Origin: Pseudomonadota bacterium
GTDB taxonomy: Bacteria; Pseudomonadota; Gammaproteobacteria; Burkholderiales; Chitinibacteraceae
Length of the DNA: 24,000 bases
Direction: 5' to 3'
Assembly: GCA_039796405.1 (NCBI GenBank)
Contig: JBDKJX010000021.1
Span: 1 to 24,000 of the forward strand
The translations under genes were made by a program, and so were the position numbers. Below the pieces are notes generated by a model, which searched no databases, was not told where the DNA came from, and saw only the letters and a list, made by a program, of their open reading frames with translations. Positions 6,822-14,865 of this stretch are shown here, piece by piece. Position 1 is the first letter of the stretch. The number at the start of each line of letters is the position of its first letter.

Positions 6822-7214
6822 TTGTACTCTGCCTCGCTGGTGATGACCAAAGCTTATAAGCCGCTGCTAGAAAAAATCGGTCTCACTTACCCGCAGTATC
6901 TGGTGATGCTGGTGCTATGGCAGCACGACAATATTTTGGTTAAAGACATCGGTGAAGCACTTTTTCTAGATTCAGGCACTTTAACGCCGCTGCTTAAACG
7001 TATGGCAAGCGCCGCTTTACTGACTCGTCAGCGCGATAAAACAGACGAGCGCCAGGTGCGTATCATCCTCACCCCTCATGGCAAGGCACTTAAAGAAGCA
7101 ACTCAAACGATTCCTGCGCAGCTTTTATGCGCCAGCGGGCAAAGTACTGAAACGCTGATGCAGCTACGCAGCCAATTGGCCCAAATCCGTGATGGCCTAA
7201 ACACACAGCGCTAA
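6822..7214 (+). CDS. ohrR: MarR-family organic hydroperoxide resistance regulator OhrR (longest intact ORF; the N-terminus appears cut off by a frameshift)
   Basis: YSASLVMTKAYKPLLEKIGLTYPQYLVMLVLW...LFLDSGTLTPLLKRM...DERQV is collinear with Xanthomonas-type OhrR. The conserved LDKQLCF segment lies in frame just upstream of the TTG start, but it is separated from the ATG at 6772 by a 1-nt frame change. Confidence 0.8.
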   Translation: MYSASLVMTKAYKPLLEKIGLTYPQYLVMLVLWQHDNILVKDIGEALFLDSGTLTPLLKRMASAALLTRQRDKTDERQVRIILTPHGKALKEATQTIPAQLLCASGQSTETLMQLRSQLAQIRDGLNTQR

Positions 7215-7375
7215 AAAACGTGTTTCTGCTGGCTATACCCGCCATCTAGCCCCCGCCTATTCCCTTCTGCAGGTTTTTACACAATTATTCCAACGCCACC
7301 CGTGGCAATATCGAAGTCACACTCACTATTCTTTAAACTAACGATGACGATAAATCTGACCTAGGCATTCTGATT

Positions 7376-7418
7376 GCTGGCTGTTTGTTTTGAATCAAAC
7401 ATTTCCAGCGGCTTTTTT
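7376..7418 (+). terminator. Possible terminator downstream of ohrR
   Basis: GCTGG (7376-7380) pairs with CCAGC (7405-7409), enclosing a nested TGTTTG/CAAACA stem. A T6 tract follows at 7413-7418. The structure is imperfect. Confidence 0.35.
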
Positions 7419-7515
7419 AGCAATAAGACCCTTGTCCAGAATCGTCCCCTCCTCCTTATGGGCTCTCTCTGCTAAAATCCTTCATTAAACTTTGGCTTTG
7501 ATAGGATATTCGAGC

Positions 7516-8247
7516 ATGGCAGGTCATTCTAAGTGGGCAAATATTCAGCATCGTAAAGGTCGTCAGGACGCAAAACGCGGCCAGCTCTTTACTCGTCTGA
7601 TTAAAGAAATTACCGTGGCAGCCAAAATGGGCGGCCCGGAAATTGAAACCAATCCGCGTTTACGTCTGGCCATTGATAAAGCCTACGACGCAAATATGCC
7701 TAAAGACAATGTACAGCGCGCGGTTGAGCGTGGTTCGGGCAATTTGGAAGGCGTAGATTACGTTGAATGCCGTTACGAAGGCTATGGTATTGGCGGCGCA
7801 GCCGTGATGATCGATTGCCTAACCGACAACCGCGTGCGTACCGTGGCCGAAGTGCGTCATGCCTTTGCCAAGTGCGGCGGCAATATGGGTGCAGATGGCT
7901 GCGTATCGTTCCAGTTTAAACACTGTGGCACACTGATTTTTGCCCCAGGCACGCCAGAAGACGTGTTGATGGAAGCCGCACTGGAAGCCGGTGCGGATGA
8001 CATTATCACCAATGACGATGGCTCCATCGAAGTGATCACCCCGCCTTACGAATTTATCACCGTAAAAGACGCGCTAGAAAAAGCCGGCTTTAAGGCAGAA
8101 ATGGGCGAAGTGACCATGAAACCACAGGCAGAAACCGAGATTCTGGGTGACGATGTGGCAAAAATGCAAAAACTTTTAGATATGCTAGAAAACCTCGACG
8201 ACGCACAGGCGGTTTACACCACTGCGGTGATGGACGAAGAAGATTGA
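7516..8247 (+). CDS. yebC: YebC/PmpR family DNA-binding transcriptional regulator
   Basis: [22 protein letters not shown] is the hallmark YebC N-terminus. The ATG at 7516 is preferred over the TTG at 7492. Confidence 0.9.
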   Translation: MAGHSKWANIQHRKGRQDAKRGQLFTRLIKEITVAAKMGGPEIETNPRLRLAIDKAYDANMPKDNVQRAVERGSGNLEGVDYVECRYEGYGIGGAAVMIDCLTDNRVRTVAEVRHAFAKCGGNMGADGCVSFQFKHCGTLIFAPGTPEDVLMEAALEAGADDIITNDDGSIEVITPPYEFITVKDALEKAGFKAEMGEVTMKPQAETEILGDDVAKMQKLLDMLENLDDAQAVYTTAVMDEED

Positions 8248-8323
8248 TTATTGCTAAGGGCTAAAAAAATCGGTCACACCCATGCGGTGTTTACATGTTT
8301 TTTCCCTCCGCATATCAACAATG

Positions 8324-8350
8324 AAAGCCCGCTCTAACGCGGGCTTTTTC
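8324..8350 (+). terminator. Rho-independent terminator after yebC
   Basis: AAAGCCCGC / GCGGGCTTT stem (8324-8332 / 8339-8347) followed by a T tract. Confidence 0.75.
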
Positions 8351-8394
8351 ATTCATGCGCTATAAAGATCAGGAAACATTCTGACGAGCGCTTC

Positions 8395-10206
8395 ATGCTG
8401 CAACGTTTCTCCTACCTTTCAATTTTTGTCTTACTCAGCAGTTTGCTGTTATTGGATTACGGCTGGCTGAATTTTAGCGCAGTGATTGATGATAGAAGCG
8501 GCGACTGGGTGCTAGAGAAAAACGCCAGCCGCCGCAGCGCATCCCCCGATATTGTGATTATCGATATCGATCAGAAAAGCCTAGAAACCATGAATGAAGT
8601 AGCGGGCAGCTGGCCTTGGCCCCGCGCTATCCACGCCGAGCTACTGAGCGCGATTGCCACACATCAGCCCAAAGCCATTGTGTTTGATGTGCTATTTAAC
8701 GAGCCCGATACCTTTCGCGCCGATAGCGATCAGCTCTTCAGAGACACCGTTTTACAGCTGCACAATCTTTACCTGCCCAGCACACTGCTGGTGGATGGCA
8801 TAGGCGCAAGGCTCGCCGATTTACCCGCCATTTATGGCCTACAAAAAACACAAAACGCCAAGCCAGATGCGCGTGCACCGCTGCTCTTGCCCCTTGTACT
8901 ACCCCCCGAAACTTGGCGCGGCGGCCTGATTAATTTTAAGAAAGACCCCGATGGAATTGGCCGCCATTATTGGGTTTTTGCCGAGACCCAAGGCTGGCGC
9001 ATCCCCTCCATGCCCGCCCGCCTTGCAGCAGATTTCAACTGGCCACAGCCCCAAGGCAGCGATATTCGGATTAATTGGTCACAAGCGCATAAACACATCA
9101 GCTATAGCGATCTCTATTTTGATTTCAACCGCGAAAAGCCGCAGCGCCCCGCCCATGAATTAAATAACAAAATTGTCATCATCGGCACCGCCGCACCAGG
9201 CTTGCAAGATTTACGCCCGACACCGCTTTCAGCCAACTTCCCCGGCGTCGAGATTTTAGCAACGGCCATTGATAACTTACAAAAGGGCGACTGGTTGCAA
9301 ACGCCTGCTCGTGGCTATTTTGCGCCGCTGGGCTTGGCCTTAATGGCCATGCTGTTTTTCGGCTTTCAGCGAAAAATCAATACCCTTTATTTAGGCGGCG
9401 CTTTGCTGCTGATTACCTTGGCTGGATTAGGTGTTTTTTGGTTGGGCTTAAACCGCAATCAATACTGGCCGATTGCCGCCGCCACGGCTTGGGCTTGGGT
9501 CTATTACTGGCTAGCGGCGCTGTTTGCCTATCTGGCTGAAAAAGCCCAACGCGAGCAGGCGATCAATTTATTTGGCCGATTCTTGGATCAGCGTGTGGTC
9601 AAGCAGCTTGTTTCTCAGGGGGAAATCCATAGCAGCCAGCAGGCAGAATCGCGCGAGCTCACCATCTTGTTTTCTGATATTCGCGGCTTTACCACACTGT
9701 CCGAAACGCGCACGCCAGAATATATCGTCGACCTGCTCAACCGCTACTTTTCGCAGCAAGTCGAGATTATATTTCGCCACGGCGGCACTTTGGATAAGTT
9801 TATCGGTGATGCCATTATGGCGTTCTGGGGCGCACCGATGAATGATAGCGAGCACGCCAAACACGCCGTTGCCGCCGCCATTGAAATGTCGGCGGCACTG
9901 GTCAAATTTAAAACCGAGCTAACCGATTTAGGCGCTGACTTTGATATCGGCATTGGCCTGCACACCGGCCCCGCCGTGGTCGGCTTTATTGGCTCGGATG
10001 CGCGCTTGGATTACACGATTATTGGCGATTCGGTCAACCTAGCCTCACGAATCGAAGGCCTCACCAAGGGCATCTCCCGCGTTTTGGTATCTGACGCCAC
10101 GCGGCTGGCCTGCAATGAGCATTTTCTATTTGTACCGCACGGCAGCTTTCATGTGAAAGGCCGCGAGCAAGAAGTCGAGCTGTTTGAACCCCGTTTAAAT
10201 TCGTAA
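8395..10206 (+). CDS. CHASE2 sensor domain-containing class III adenylate/guanylate cyclase
   Basis: The N-terminal region IVIIDIDQKSLE...GSWPWPRAIHAELL...VFDVLFNEPD is CHASE2-like. Hydrophobic segments lie around residues 310-385. The C-terminal cyclase motifs are LTILFSDIRGFTTLSE, FIGDAIMAFWGAP and GDSVNLASRIEG. Confidence 0.85.
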   Translation: MLQRFSYLSIFVLLSSLLLLDYGWLNFSAVIDDRSGDWVLEKNASRRSASPDIVIIDIDQKSLETMNEVAGSWPWPRAIHAELLSAIATHQPKAIVFDVLFNEPDTFRADSDQLFRDTVLQLHNLYLPSTLLVDGIGARLADLPAIYGLQKTQNAKPDARAPLLLPLVLPPETWRGGLINFKKDPDGIGRHYWVFAETQGWRIPSMPARLAADFNWPQPQGSDIRINWSQAHKHISYSDLYFDFNREKPQRPAHELNNKIVIIGTAAPGLQDLRPTPLSANFPGVEILATAIDNLQKGDWLQTPARGYFAPLGLALMAMLFFGFQRKINTLYLGGALLLITLAGLGVFWLGLNRNQYWPIAAATAWAWVYYWLAALFAYLAEKAQREQAINLFGRFLDQRVVKQLVSQGEIHSSQQAESRELTILFSDIRGFTTLSETRTPEYIVDLLNRYFSQQVEIIFRHGGTLDKFIGDAIMAFWGAPMNDSEHAKHAVAAAIEMSAALVKFKTELTDLGADFDIGIGLHTGPAVVGFIGSDARLDYTIIGDSVNLASRIEGLTKGISRVLVSDATRLACNEHFLFVPHGSFHVKGREQEVELFEPRLNS

Positions 10207-10216
10207 GGAAAACATC

Positions 10217-10735
10217 ATGAAAAAACGACTATGGCTGCTACTTGCCCTAAGCAGCGGCGCTTGGGCTGAGCCCGCCAGCGTGATTCGCGATTCTGATTTA
10301 CGCGACAAGCCTTTTCTGGACGCCACGGTGATTGGCCAGCTTAAAAAAGACAATGTGGTGGATATCCAAATGCGTCAAGGCGCATGGATGCAGGTCAAGA
10401 GCGATAGCAAACTGGTCGGCTGGATTAAATTACTCAATGTCAGAACAGGCAAAGCAGGCGAGAGTAGCACCAGCTTCGCCTCATTAAACCCATTTAAAAC
10501 GGGCTCTTCTGGCAGCACCGTCACCACCGGCGTAAAAGGGCTATCCGCCGAGCAGCTGCAAAATGCCCAGCCCAATCCTGAAGAACTTAGCAAGCTAAAA
10601 AACTACACGGCAAGTGACTCTGATGCGCAAAAAAGCGCCGCTAAAGAAAAGCTGATCGCACAAGAAGTGGCGTATATCGCCATGGAAAAAGCACCTAGCA
10701 GCGATGACAGCAACACAAAAAACAGGAGAAACTAA
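10217..10735 (+). CDS. Secreted bacterial SH3-like domain protein with a low-complexity C-terminal half
   Basis: AAGGAA RBS. The signal peptide is MKKRLWLLLALSSGAWA. The segment SVIRDSDLRDKPFLDATVIGQLKKDNVVDIQMRQGAWMQVKSDSKLVGWIK resembles SH3_3. The gene starts 10 nt after the cyclase stop. Confidence 0.65.
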   Translation: MKKRLWLLLALSSGAWAEPASVIRDSDLRDKPFLDATVIGQLKKDNVVDIQMRQGAWMQVKSDSKLVGWIKLLNVRTGKAGESSTSFASLNPFKTGSSGSTVTTGVKGLSAEQLQNAQPNPEELSKLKNYTASDSDAQKSAAKEKLIAQEVAYIAMEKAPSSDDSNTKNRRN

Positions 10736-10737
10736 TC

Positions 10738-11598
10738 ATGCGTATCCGTCTAATGATTTTGACCTGCTTATTTCCTACTGCTGTTTTTGCCTTCGATTTT
10801 GGCAAGCTAGACCTCAGCAATCTGGTTGATGCCGTAAAAAACACCGCTGACGCTATGCACAAAGCCACGCCTGCCGAGGAACAAGAAATCGGAGCAAGTT
10901 CGGCCTCGCTCTTACTAGGTGCAGCGCCCTTAGTGGCCTCGCCAGCCTTGCAGCAATATGTAAATCAAGTCGGCATGTGGATTGTGAAGCAATCAGAACA
11001 ACCCAATATGGTCTTTCACTTTGGCGTAATAGACAGCCCAAATATCAACGCCTTTACCACACCCGGCGGCTATATCCTGCTGACCAAAGGCCTATTTGAT
11101 ACCTTTCGCAATGAGGCAGAACTAGCCGGCGTATTAGCCCACGAAATCACCCACACGCTCAAACGCCACCATATGCAGGCGATTGAATCGGGAAAATGGC
11201 AAAAGGTAGGCGGCAATGTCGCCAAAGCCGGTGCCGATAATATGAAAAACAGCACCGCCTCACAACTGGTATCGCTCAGTAGCCGAGGCGCTCTGGAGCT
11301 CTTCGTTCGCGGCTTAGACAAAGGGGATGAATTTGAAGCCGACATCGGCGGCATGGTTTTGGCCGCCAGAGCAGGCTACAACCCCTACGGCTTAGTCTCG
11401 GTATTGCAAACACTAGGCAGCATCAATCCAGCAGAGGGCACAGTAGCGCTGATGTTCAGCACCCACCCCAGCCCAAGCGACAGGCTCAACACCATTGAAA
11501 ACGTCATTGGTGACAAATTAGAAAATTACGCAGGAGGCGTAGAAAGTACCAAACGCTTTCAAACCATTAAAGCATCGTTAGGTGCGGCAAAAAAATAA
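10738..11598 (+). CDS. Secreted M48-family zinc metallopeptidase
   Basis: AGGAGA RBS, with the start 2 nt after the upstream stop. It has a signal peptide, the HEITHTLKRHH (HExxH) motif, the downstream EFEAD ligand motif and STHPSPSDR. Confidence 0.85.
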   Translation: MRIRLMILTCLFPTAVFAFDFGKLDLSNLVDAVKNTADAMHKATPAEEQEIGASSASLLLGAAPLVASPALQQYVNQVGMWIVKQSEQPNMVFHFGVIDSPNINAFTTPGGYILLTKGLFDTFRNEAELAGVLAHEITHTLKRHHMQAIESGKWQKVGGNVAKAGADNMKNSTASQLVSLSSRGALELFVRGLDKGDEFEADIGGMVLAARAGYNPYGLVSVLQTLGSINPAEGTVALMFSTHPSPSDRLNTIENVIGDKLENYAGGVESTKRFQTIKASLGAAKK

Positions 11599-11608
11599 GC
11601 CCCACCAT

Positions 11609-11645
11609 GTAGGTCGGGTTAGCAGCCTTATCGCGTAACCCGACA
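11609..11645. repeat. REP-like palindromic element (GTAGGTCGGGTTA...TAACCCGACA)
   Basis: GTCGGGTTA (11613-11621) pairs with TAACCCGAC (11636-11644). The GTAGG-led architecture resembles enterobacterial/pseudomonad REP units. Confidence 0.55.
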
Positions 11646-11784
11646 ATGGCCTCACCACCTAAGCCGACATGGCCAATCAATCCCCCTTTCTCAACACAAT
11701 AAGTAAAATCCACAAGTAAGTAAAAACACGTGCTGCGCTACGCCTCGCCGTATAATCTGCCTACCTTCTTTGGGAAAGCCATCC

Positions 11785-13080
11785 ATGCAGCCTTACGTAA
11801 CCCGCCGTGCAACCTTGTCCACACGCTTACCTGCTGGTGTGGTTATTGTGCCCAATACGACAGAAATCATTCGAAATGCCGATAGCACTTATCCATTTCG
11901 CTATGATTCGAGCTTTTATTACCTCACTGGTTTTAACGAGCCTGATGCCGTTTTTGTACAAGTCATCAGCGAAGAAAACACGCAAAATATCCTGTTCTGC
12001 CGCCCTAAAGATTTAGAACGCGAGATCTGGGATGGCCATCGTCATGGGCCAGAAGAGGCCAGCAAGCTGTTTGGCTTTGATGCCGCTTATTCAATTCAAG
12101 AGCTCGATAATAAAATGATCGAGCTTTTACAAAACCAGCCCCGTATTCACACCCCTTTTGGCCACAATGCCGCCTGGGATAGCCGAGTTAGCCGCTGGGT
12201 AAACGGAGTACGTGCCAAGGTGCGTAGTGGCGTTACGGCCCCCAATGAAATCCATGATGTGCGCGGCACGATCGCCGAAATGCGCTTATTTAAAGATGAA
12301 TTTGAACTAGTGAATCTACGTAAAGCGGGGCTGATTAACTCTGCAGCTCACACCCGCGCCATGCGCTTTGCCCGCCCAGGCCAAATGGAATACGAAGTAG
12401 AAGCCGAAATTTTGCACGATTATTATCGTCAGGGTAGCCGCTTTCCTGCTTACTCCAGCATTGTGGCCGCAGGCGAAAATGCCACCTGCCTACATTACGG
12501 TGAAAACAACAAACGACTTCAGGATGGCGATTTAATCCTGATTGATGCCGGTTGCGAGATCGAAGGATACGCATCCGATATCACCCGTACTTTTCCAGTG
12601 AATGGCAAGTTTAGCGGCCCGCAAAAAGACGTTTACGAAATCACCCTAGCCGCACAATACGCCGCGCTAGACGCTTGCCGGATTGGCCAAAGCTGGAATG
12701 CCCCACACGAAGCCGCAGTACGGGTGCTCACGCAAGGCATGCTCGATTTAGGCTTACTGCAAGGCTCACTGGATGGGGCCCTTGAATCACTCAGCTATAA
12801 GCAGTTTTATATGCATAACACCGGCCACTGGATGGGGCTAGATGTGCATGACGTAGGCGCTTACAAAATCCAAGGTGAATGGCGCAAGCTAGAAGCGGGC
12901 ATGGTCATGACGGTAGAGCCAGGCTTTTATATCCGCCCAGCCCCCAATGTACCCAAGCACTTTGAAAACATCGGAGTGCGTATCGAAGACGATGTACTCA
13001 TTACCCCAAATGGCATGGAAAACCTCACCGCCTCTTGCCCTAAAACCGTAGCAGAAATTGAAGCGGTAATGGCGAGGTAG
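11785..13080 (+). CDS. pepP: Xaa-Pro aminopeptidase (aminopeptidase P)
   Basis: It carries YPFRYDSSFYYLTGFNEPDAV, DAGCEIEGYASDITRTFPVNGKF, HWMGLDVHD, VEPGFY and RIEDDVLIT. The ATG at 11785 is preferred over the TTG at 11770. Confidence 0.9.
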   Translation: MQPYVTRRATLSTRLPAGVVIVPNTTEIIRNADSTYPFRYDSSFYYLTGFNEPDAVFVQVISEENTQNILFCRPKDLEREIWDGHRHGPEEASKLFGFDAAYSIQELDNKMIELLQNQPRIHTPFGHNAAWDSRVSRWVNGVRAKVRSGVTAPNEIHDVRGTIAEMRLFKDEFELVNLRKAGLINSAAHTRAMRFARPGQMEYEVEAEILHDYYRQGSRFPAYSSIVAAGENATCLHYGENNKRLQDGDLILIDAGCEIEGYASDITRTFPVNGKFSGPQKDVYEITLAAQYAALDACRIGQSWNAPHEAAVRVLTQGMLDLGLLQGSLDGALESLSYKQFYMHNTGHWMGLDVHDVGAYKIQGEWRKLEAGMVMTVEPGFYIRPAPNVPKHFENIGVRIEDDVLITPNGMENLTASCPKTVAEIEAVMAR

Positions 13081-13132
13081 TTAGCTGATTTATAAAGTGG
13101 GTGTACCCACACATTGCAGCTATGCATTCGCG

Positions 13133-13155
13133 TGGGCAAAAAAACGTTTTGCCCA
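13133..13155 (+). terminator. Hairpin, possible terminator after pepP
   Basis: TGGGCAAAA (13133-13141) pairs with TTTTGCCCA (13147-13155). There is no separate T tail beyond the stem. Confidence 0.35.
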
Positions 13156-13268
13156 TGCTAAATCCACGCACTTTATTAAAGCCACAGAATATTCCCACCC
13201 TTATTCATGGGCAAAAAGCTTGCATCGCCCTACAATAGCCACCGTGATTCAAGCTTTAGGTTTTAACC

Positions 13269-14438
13269 ATGCTTTTAGAAAAACTTCCCCTGCATGTAGA
13301 CGTGCTGATTGTTGGTGGCGGCCCTGTGGGCACGCTGGTCTTGCAAAGACTGGCGCAAGCGGGCATTGATGCCTTGCTCGTTGATGCCAAACCTAAAATC
13401 GACGCTGATCCACGCGCCCTAGCACTCTCTTGGGCCAGCTTTGAGGCGCTTAATCGGGTGGATTTATGGGGGGAAGATTTAAACGCTACGGCCATTAAAC
13501 ACGTGCATATTTCGCAACAAGGCAGCATAGGCCGCACCGAGCTAAAGGCCGAAGAGCTGGGCCTGCCTGCACTGGGTTTTGTAGTGGCTTACGATAAACT
13601 CGCCAGCCACGCTTTTAATACGCTCAGCAAAAGCCCAGCTAAGGCCGCATTAGGCTTTCGTGTAAACAGTATCAAACGCCTTGCCCGCTTCGCCCAAATC
13701 AGCGTAAGTGGCCCTCATGGTGAAGAACAGCTCAGCGCTCGTTTAGTGATTCTTGCCGATGGCGGCCAGCTGATTAACCAGCTTGATGACATCAAGCAAA
13801 CGATTAAGCCTTATCAACAGCACGCTATTCTGGCGAGATTAACCCCACTAGAACCGCATTGCGGTATGGCTTATGAGCGCTTTGCAGACGATGCCACGCT
13901 GGCGCTACTACCCAATGGATCAGACTTTATGTTGGTTTGGCCGCAATCGCCAGAGCTTGCAGCCCAGCGCCTAGCCATGAGTGAGAGTGATTTTATCGCC
14001 GCAGTCATGCAGCGTTTCTCTGGACGTATTGCGGGGTTTTCTAGCGTAGGCTCAAGAGCCAGCTGGCCTCTAGCGCTTAAAACCTTAGATTCTGTAGTTG
14101 GGCAAAGAGTAGTGCTGATCGGCAATGCAGCGCAAACGCTACATCCTGTAGCTGGCCAAGGGCTAAATCTGGGGCTGCGCGACGCAAGCACTCTGGCCGA
14201 GCTATTAATCTGCTCCGGCCAAGATGAATTAGGCGAGCCCAAACAACTGGCCCGCTATGCACGTTTACGTAAAAAAGATGCTGGCTTGGTCACCCACTTT
14301 ACCGATGGCTTAATCACCCTTTTTGACCAGCCAGGGCCGCTGCTTAAACATGGCCGAAGCTTAGGGCTGATTGCGATGGATCAGATGGATAGTCTGCGTA
14401 AAGGCTTTACCAAGCGGATGGTGTTTGGTGCCAGATAA
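13269..14438 (+). CDS. ubiH: UbiH/UbiF/VisC/COQ6-family FAD-dependent ubiquinone biosynthesis hydroxylase
   Basis: It carries VLIVGGGPVG and GNAAQTLHPVAGQGLNLGLRDA. Its position directly after pepP matches the E. coli pepP-ubiH arrangement. The exact paralog assignment is uncertain. Confidence 0.8.
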   Translation: MLLEKLPLHVDVLIVGGGPVGTLVLQRLAQAGIDALLVDAKPKIDADPRALALSWASFEALNRVDLWGEDLNATAIKHVHISQQGSIGRTELKAEELGLPALGFVVAYDKLASHAFNTLSKSPAKAALGFRVNSIKRLARFAQISVSGPHGEEQLSARLVILADGGQLINQLDDIKQTIKPYQQHAILARLTPLEPHCGMAYERFADDATLALLPNGSDFMLVWPQSPELAAQRLAMSESDFIAAVMQRFSGRIAGFSSVGSRASWPLALKTLDSVVGQRVVLIGNAAQTLHPVAGQGLNLGLRDASTLAELLICSGQDELGEPKQLARYARLRKKDAGLVTHFTDGLITLFDQPGPLLKHGRSLGLIAMDQMDSLRKGFTKRMVFGAR

Positions 14439-14464
14439 AAATCCTGCATAAATTATTAAAACCA

Positions 14465-14496
14465 GCAGCGTGTCAGATTGAGAGCTGACACGCTGC
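14465..14496 (+). terminator. Perfect 12-bp hairpin after ubiH (no T tail on the + strand)
   Basis: GCAGCGTGTCAG (14465-14476) pairs with CTGACACGCTGC (14485-14496) across an 8-nt loop. Confidence 0.45.
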
Positions 14497-14865
14497 AACT
14501 ACCCGAGAAAAAACTGTGGCTTTTCGCTTCGCTTTTAGAGCCCATCCTTGTTACAAGCATGCTAAAAAAGCATGGCAGATCATAAATCTGCATACATAAT
14601 TCAATGTACGTATTAATTTATGAAAAAAAATACTACAATTATCTATGGGTAAATATTGTATAATTTGCAATAATGATTCAGTTACTCAGTATTTTATTTT
14701 CATAAACAAACAACATAAATTTAATATTCGTTGTTAAAAAACATAAAGCTCAACAATAATTAAAAATAAAGTGCAATTATTAATTAATAAATGACTTGTG
14801 AATAAGACTATCAGCTTAAAAAGTAAGATATATTTAAAAATTAGCTATTTTAATGGAATCTAAAA

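Noticed and set aside
6563-6850. 95-aa minus-strand ORF, possibly an OsmC/Ohr-family remnant (GGTGSNLCRAPVDHAAMIVC)
   Set aside because: The resemblance is limited to one short motif. The first ~28 codons overlap ohrR on the opposite strand, and the length is far below the ~140 aa of the family. At most it is a degraded fragment; it is not called as a gene.
7925-7942. TGGCAC...TTTTTGC resembling a sigma54 -24/-12 promoter
   Set aside because: The GG-to-GC spacing does not match the canonical GG-N10-GC, and the site lies inside the yebC coding sequence. A similar TGGCACAAATTGCTG at about 1901 also has the wrong spacing (8 nt).
13097-13537. ORFs of 90 aa (+) and 93 aa (-) around the ubiH start
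   Set aside because: They overlap the ubiH N-terminus, with its clear GGGPVG dinucleotide-binding motif, or the pepP-ubiH intergenic hairpin region. They have no RBS and no motifs.
14645-14737. 30-codon ORF in the AT-rich island (MGKYCIICNNDSVTQYFIFINKQHKFNIRC) with a CxxC pair
   Set aside because: It has no Shine-Dalgarno and overlaps the best -10-like element. A short ORF of this size cannot be distinguished from chance without conservation data.
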